Below are positions 59,001 to 64,000 of a DNA stretch of 64,000 bases, one piece after another; within the stretch, counting starts at the first letter, position 1; the number at the start of each line of letters is the position of its first letter. A program made the position numbers and the translations under genes. The notes under the pieces were generated by a model. That model was not told the origin of the DNA. It saw only the letters and a program-made list of their open reading frames with translations, and did no database searches. The DNA is from Flectonema sp. DT1601 (Eukaryota): contig OZ025789.1 of NCBI GenBank assembly GCA_964019425.1, forward strand, positions 248,001 to 312,000. Reading direction: 5' to 3'.

Positions 59001-61146
59001 TAAAAGCTCCTAAGAATAGTCTGACGGCTTCATCGATCTCTAGATCCTTGAAATTAAATGACTCAACAAAATGAGACAAGACTTCTTGATTAAACGGCTT
59101 GATCACTCCTAAGTACTCTCCGATTGCTATTTTTGATAATCCGATGGTTTCACGAAAGAATATAGCTGTTTGGTTTGCGTCCTTTTCGACTACTTTATTA
59201 GTCCAAAATAATTCCATTCCCTTTTTAGGATTCTTTTTAAATTCAGTCATGAACACTCTCATTTCCTTTTTATAGGCTAAGGCTTTTTCAACTTCGTCAT
59301 CGTCGTCTTCTGTTGGGTGATCTGCAACCTGATCAGAGTGAAAATTAGTTTCTTCATCACCAATATCAGAGGATTTAATTTGAGGGGTCGTTGCTGTTTC
59401 TTCAAATTTTTCAGTCCAAACAACAATTGATCGAGTGATAGTAACCAGAGCTCGGAGAGCATGAAGTCTCATGTCCTGTTCTTGTTTGAGAGTTTCAGTT
59501 CCACTCGCAGAAACTCTTGCTTTTAATATTCTACTCAGATTATTGACAATAACTTCAAAAATATTTATTGATTCTAAGTCACAGTCATAGTTGACAAATA
59601 TATCAACCAGAGTCTGAGGAGTGTCGCACAATTTATAAATCACGTGGATCACCAGCATCTTCTGACTATAGCTGCTGTTGTTCGACTCCAGTATAACAAA
59701 GAAAACGTTGGTGAAAAACACTCCAATTTCACGTTTTAAATGTTCTTTGAAATTTTGAATTAAAGCAAGAAAGATATGTAAAGAAATTTTAAAGACAGAA
59801 GTCATAGACGACACGCAGTTTTGAAGTAATGACAAGCAAAGGTTTCGTTTGACAACTCTGATGAAGTTTTCCGACGATTGAAATGCAGGACCTGCTTTCG
59901 ATAACAAATTATAAAGTAGTTCCAGTGATAAAACCTTCGACTTTAGTTCAATCGACTCTTCCTGAGCAGAGTCAGGAACCTGTTTATCTGATAATTTACA
60001 AAACGACCAAAACAGTAAATAAGCATCCTTATGAAATCTACTTGGAAACGATAATTTCTCTGCAATGAGTGAATCATCGATACCCCCGTGGAGAGGAGCT
60101 GCTTTTGATTTTCCTGAAGTTGATGAACCAGTAGTCGATGTGGGTTGTTTGCCGGCTGTTGTTGCGATCCGTTCTGCCAATGCCGTGTTGAAATCGAAAC
60201 TTTCTTTTTTTGTTTCCAACGACAAATCCTCATCTTTATGACTTTGAGTTGATGTTATATCATCATCAATAGCCTTACATGAGTTTGAAACAGCCTGATC
60301 AACAACGACGTTAACAACTTCTCTTATCCAAGTTTCGTCATTCTCATCCGGCTGAACCAATTCTGACGAAGACAAACTCTTTGTTGGTGGGGTGAGACCA
60401 ACAGGGGTACTCGTCAAGGAATTGTTACCTAATTTTTGAGATAGAATTCGAGGTAAGCTAGGAGTGTCTGGAGGTGATGGTGATACAACTTTATGAACTG
60501 ACTCCATCCTCTGAAATACAATATTAATCATGTGTTTCAAAGATGCTTTTGCTGTTGTTTGATTAGTCACGTTAGTCGCAAGTATATAAATATTATACGT
60601 GTTTCTGACTGCCATTTTAAGTGTGCTGCCATGAACATCACACCCTGGAGATGATACTGCTGTCAACAATGCTTTTATAATTTGCAACTGAATACCATCG
60701 TGGATAAAATTTGAACTGACGTCGGAGATTGCTGAGACTACTTGGCTGATTAAAAGTTGAGATTCGTCATCAGGAGTATTGTTTTTTGATTTATCCAATC
60801 GTTCCTTGACGTGTTTCATCCACGACTCCGATCCATTTAATTTCGGAGGAGTCCAAACCATATCACCCGATATGCATGAATACTCCATTAGTTTTTGTAA
60901 GCATCCGAGGGCAATTTCGATAATCTTACAGGCCCTCGATTCAACAGCTAATCTTAGTGGTACGAAGCTCAAGCTTAACACGATTGAAGCATCAGTTTTA
61001 TTATTTTCCGATCCTTTTAAGAATTTTAACACATAAGCAGATGATGCTTTTATTTGTGACCATTTTTTTTGACTTCCGCATTGCTGACTAACTTGCTCAA
61101 GAGCCCTGATGATGAACGTATTTCGAGTTTCGGTCGCACTCGGCAT
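56050..61146 (-). CDS. Large Sec7-domain ArfGEF (BIG/Sec7 type)
   Basis: DCB region, HUS box NYDCD, Sec7 FKINGEASVID (catalytic Glu) and SIIMLHTDAH, HDS region FSLQKL..DSLRQL. Confidence 0.95.
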   Translation of the reverse strand: MPSATETRNTFIIRALEQVSQQCGSQKKWSQIKASSAYVLKFLKGSENNKTDASIVLSLSFVPLRLAVESRACKIIEIALGCLQKLMEYSCISGDMVWTPPKLNGSESWMKHVKERLDKSKNNTPDDESQLLISQVVSAISDVSSNFIHDGIQLQIIKALLTAVSSPGCDVHGSTLKMAVRNTYNIYILATNVTNQTTAKASLKHMINIVFQRMESVHKVVSPSPPDTPSLPRILSQKLGNNSLTSTPVGLTPPTKSLSSSELVQPDENDETWIREVVNVVVDQAVSNSCKAIDDDITSTQSHKDEDLSLETKKESFDFNTALAERIATTAGKQPTSTTGSSTSGKSKAAPLHGGIDDSLIAEKLSFPSRFHKDAYLLFWSFCKLSDKQVPDSAQEESIELKSKVLSLELLYNLLSKAGPAFQSSENFIRVVKRNLCLSLLQNCVSSMTSVFKISLHIFLALIQNFKEHLKREIGVFFTNVFFVILESNNSSYSQKMLVIHVIYKLCDTPQTLVDIFVNYDCDLESINIFEVIVNNLSRILKARVSASGTETLKQEQDMRLHALRALVTITRSIVVWTEKFEETATTPQIKSSDIGDEETNFHSDQVADHPTEDDDDEVEKALAYKKEMRVFMTEFKKNPKKGMELFWTNKVVEKDANQTAIFFRETIGLSKIAIGEYLGVIKPFNQEVLSHFVESFNFKDLEIDEAVRLFLGAFKINGEASVIDNTMEKFAECFTKANQQKFPNASTAYVLSFSIIMLHTDAHSAHIKDKMTKEEFMRNNQGIDEGKSLADEVLSSIYDRVTGTPFTLEAGDKEDELGGAADKKDKKRSGVLDNLADAFASDDKKRAANYLTESKAMLQKTKGLIGKNDERCNQFFHASKLGNVRPMFERGWETMLPAFSVLLEQCDSQQQAIIDLCLEGFTRGIHISCLFFLDVQRDAFVSALSKLTFLNNYREIEHKNIKSIKVLIEIATTEGDRLRSSWYAALRCISQLEKLQLLGAGAKPDFAFLAETDRASNHKGHKDDRTRLRQLEVINSLTVANQIDDVAISRIYSSTAELSSEAIVYFVKHLCEVSMEEIEHSSPPRMFSLQKLIEVADINMGRFRFVWGQLWGHITKHFCRIGTNENLSVSMFGIDSLRQLATKFLEKRELANYNFQRDFLKPFEQIFQGTKSIIIKELIVRCVTQMVHGKAPQIKSGWKAIYTVLTLAAADQTEQIVVLAYDVVSHIIQNIFSMVIAADAFIDGVNTLTAFACNLLCKNIAIQAISQLTTCADYLVEGLPVGCNASANSSTETPAKEERIFVVPQTDVVCSSDHQALKVWFPVFTGLSTDATMHSDVEVRLSALNGLFEVLKKHGKLFSVAMWKIILSGAVFPIFDNALCDVTPVSCTANDEPLCAESELKKSSLIVKVGLTYTVDLFSQYYSALQPHLADVLTVVTNCFKQDTPQGVFDHGLVSLVDLICNHNADADRGDFYALIFGEEKKREIESESSSKFSNDDWKTVALKIHLAFEKIGTQGKTISIRLQKLIQVQGLVVRRFSHLWDEEILNAMLDSFSFVTCERDVVAAEESISVHLSTLSKLNIEDGKHVSTARPRLYNLISNVFSSHSNHRPQLITSAVYIISGLPKSEFCSTLPLFYQSLLNLIDKADDPATRKAARTFFTRVGEYQLNIQPLSNGVEDDVKSDGTTEPATPVDAEEA

Positions 61147-61603
61147 CTTGCGACTGCACTCGGTTCCTGGAAGGGTGGAAAAAAAATTGGGTTAAGAAAA
61201 ACAAAAAAAAAAAAATAAACTTTTTAAAAAAAAACAGAAATACTATAAATAATAATAATGGTAATTATGAAGGAACATGAGGGTTTTTTTATTTTTTTTT
61301 TTTTAATGATGACAAAACAGAACTTAAAAAAGATTTTTTTTTATCTCGTTTTTACGAGCGAACGAGAATTGCAGCACCGTCAACGATAACACCCTTACTT
61401 TATTGGCTTCTTCCGTTGTGCACACACCCAGTAGTGTGCATTCAGACACTGACCAACAAGGCTAGATAAGGACAGTGATAGTGATAATTAATTTCCGAGC
61501 AGGTTATCCATTTCCCTGTTCAGTCAGGATTACTCTCTGTGATCAATAAACGTGTAAGGGTTTCGTAATGAATGTTGATTTAGTATTTTGGACATTAAAC
61601 CTT

Positions 61604-62452
61604 TTATTGGGGAGACACCTTTGGACACTCAGGGTTCGACACTCTGAAACCTCCCTTGTTAAGCTCTTGTTCTGATTCTGGTAGAATCCTTTGAGCTTTG
61701 AGTTCCTTTATAAAAGTGACGACAGGTGGGTAAGCCGTTATGTTTCGAATAGCGAACTCAGCCCATTCTCTTAGACCAGCATTCTCCTCATCGATAACAG
61801 TTGATGATAAGATGTACGGAACGAATCCTGTTTCTAACATGGTAGCTGTTACGTTTCGATTTTCATAAGTTGCATTTGCTATAACTCTCATTAGGTGAGT
61901 TCGGTAGCCTTCACCGTATCGGGCGAGTTCGATTTCACGTGGGATGGTTGCCATCTGTGAGATGATACCGATGATTCCCTCGTCTAGAAAGAATTGTTGA
62001 ATTTGATTTGTCGTCACGGCACAACAGCACAATGCTAACGACTCAGCTAAGATGGTTAACGAGTAGTAAACAACATCAGCATCAGAGACGTCATCAGGAG
62101 ATCCTCTCAAAGGAGGTACGGCTTCACTTCGATATTGGGAATTCTTAGTGTGAACATACGACAGAATCTTACTTGAAAACCTGCAAGTGTTCATTAGTAC
62201 TTTAGTTTTGAAAGCAACTCGTAATTCTGGTGTTGGTGAGCCAGTTCTGACACATGCTTCCCATCCGTCTTGAAGCTCTCTCTGATCAGTCATGAATTCT
62301 ACCTCACTACTTCTTAACTTCTCACAATACCTCGCATAGCATCTTAACGAATCGATGTGAATAGTTATTGTTTGTAGCGTTGCTTCTTCATTTTGTGATG
62401 TGCCTTTACTGCAAGTCCATGCATGTTCTCGTGCTGTTAACCAATCACCCAT
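61604..62452 (-). CDS. Ataxin-10 domain protein
   Basis: LMRVIAN..ILSSTVIDEENAGLREWAEFAIRNIT fits the ataxin-10 C-terminal domain pattern. Confidence 0.8.
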   Translation of the reverse strand: MGDWLTAREHAWTCSKGTSQNEEATLQTITIHIDSLRCYARYCEKLRSSEVEFMTDQRELQDGWEACVRTGSPTPELRVAFKTKVLMNTCRFSSKILSYVHTKNSQYRSEAVPPLRGSPDDVSDADVVYYSLTILAESLALCCCAVTTNQIQQFFLDEGIIGIISQMATIPREIELARYGEGYRTHLMRVIANATYENRNVTATMLETGFVPYILSSTVIDEENAGLREWAEFAIRNITAYPPVVTFIKELKAQRILPESEQELNKGGFRVSNPECPKVSPQ

Positions 62453-63835
62453 TTTTTTATTTATTTTTTACTATTTAACTTAGCAGTGTAATGAAAAATA
62501 CGAAAATCGGAGGGTTCAAAGCAACCTTTGACTGTCGGCCTGAAGACAGACTAAGGTCATCATTTTTGTTGAGCAACATAACTGTGAAAAATTAAATAAA
62601 ATAAAATGAAAATGAAATAACAAAACATTCCCTTTTTTTTCAGTTTAATTTAATGTATTAGAAGGGTTTCCTTAACTCACAAGAACCCACAACAACAGAA
62701 ATAATGAACCGGAAGGGAAAAAAAAAAATAGAGAGAAAAAAAAAGAGATGATTAATTTAGATTAACCCGACTGGAAGATCTACACAACGATTTCCTAAGA
62801 AATATCACAAAAAAAAAAAAAAGAATTTAAAAAAAGAAAAATGGAGAGATTAAGTGATATGGTTTCTGGTTAAAAAATTATTAAAAAAAAAAAAAAAAAA
62901 AAAAGTTCGCAACATACATACCCCTTTACCCAACCCCCTTCGGTGAAGAATGTGAGAAGCGGCCTGTATGTCTTTATAGAAGAAACCTTAGCGAGTCCAG
63001 AACTGATGACTACTGGGTCCGGGAAATCCGCACCAACAGAGGTTTAAAAAAAAACGGTGATAAAACATTTCCCCATGAATCATCTGATGTATTTTTTTTT
63101 CCCCTAAAGTCAAGTAAGTGAGAATCCTTGTTGAAACCCACGGGGGGGTTAACTGTTCGAGTTTGTACGTAAAATACAAATGTTTTGTATCATAAACAAC
63201 ATAACGATAATTTAACATTAGTTCTGAGATACAGTGACTAAAGGTAATGTTGAAACCCACGGGGGGGGTGAAACGTTGTAAAAAAAACAGTAACAACTTT
63301 AAGTATTAAAAAATAAAAATGATATTAAAAGTACTTGACTGAAAAAAAAAACGTTTGTACCGTTAATCAAAGAAAGAATTACGTTTAGAAAAAAGAAAAC
63401 ATAAAAAGAGAAAACTATATTTTTTTTGTATTACTGACCAGAAGACGTTGTCGAATCTGGTAATTCGGGGACAACATACTTAACTGTAGCCAACGAACAC
63501 CAGGTGTCAATGTAGAAACAGTAATTACCAAAGTAATTGACAAATTGACAGAATGAATTAAACTTCACTTTTAGAATAGCAACCAAAAGTAAAGATTTAA
63601 TCGGGCTAAGAAACTTTTAAAAAAATCCTTTTACTTCGGACCAATTCCCCTTACCCAGCTGAAGAAAGCAAGGGGAGAGACTGCAGGGTCAGGCCAGTCC
63701 TACTCATCGCGTTTGACCTTCTAAAAGAGAGAGACATACATGGTTGCATCCCTCTATATAAAATATCAGTGAACGAGAGATACCAACAATGAGTGAAAGG
63801 TCAAAAAGTTAGTATCGTGGATTTTCACAAATAAA

Positions 63836-63877
<42 letters not shown>

Positions 63878-64000
63878 AAAAAGAATCGGCAAACTTCACT
63901 TTTTTACTTAACTCACACACTAGCTTTTGTGCGCAGCCCGGTACAAAATCCTAATAAAGGAATAGGTTAGTTACGCTGCCGCAATTCTCTTTCTACCAAA

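Noticed and set aside
346..63296. Poly-K/poly-F ORFs and plus-strand ORFs (e.g. 513-926, 7900-8388, 54493-55841)
   Set aside because: Derived from homopolymer tracts, antisense shadows of real genes, or lacking any recognisable protein features

Overview
AT-rich eukaryotic (protist) DNA, most likely a euglenozoan of the diplonemid type (inference). All ~23 credible protein genes lie on the minus strand. Many start codons follow pyrimidine-rich AG acceptors resembling trans-splice sites, yet short GT-AG cis introns are also common. Recognisable genes: mitochondrial aspartate aminotransferase, Yos1/IER3IP1, WBP4-like zinc finger, FPP synthase, BORCS5-like, three RPL27a copies, M1 aminopeptidase, BIG-type Sec7 ArfGEF, ataxin-10-like and a Ubl-LRR protein. 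Main result: the two apparent satellites read as intron-hosted tandem snoRNA arrays. One has ~55 copies of a single-hairpin H/ACA-type guide (15.4-22.0 kb). The other has 26 copies of a box C/D guide complementary to LSU rRNA, inside the BORCS5-like intron (43.6-48.1 kb). Also found: a 739-aa gene nested on the same strand inside an intron of a pseudo-lipase gene, a bHLH protein with membrane segments, A-rich cis acceptors contrasting with pyrimidine-rich 5' acceptors, and an LSU rRNA fragment. All gene models, folds and rRNA targets were derived by eye and need computational confirmation.
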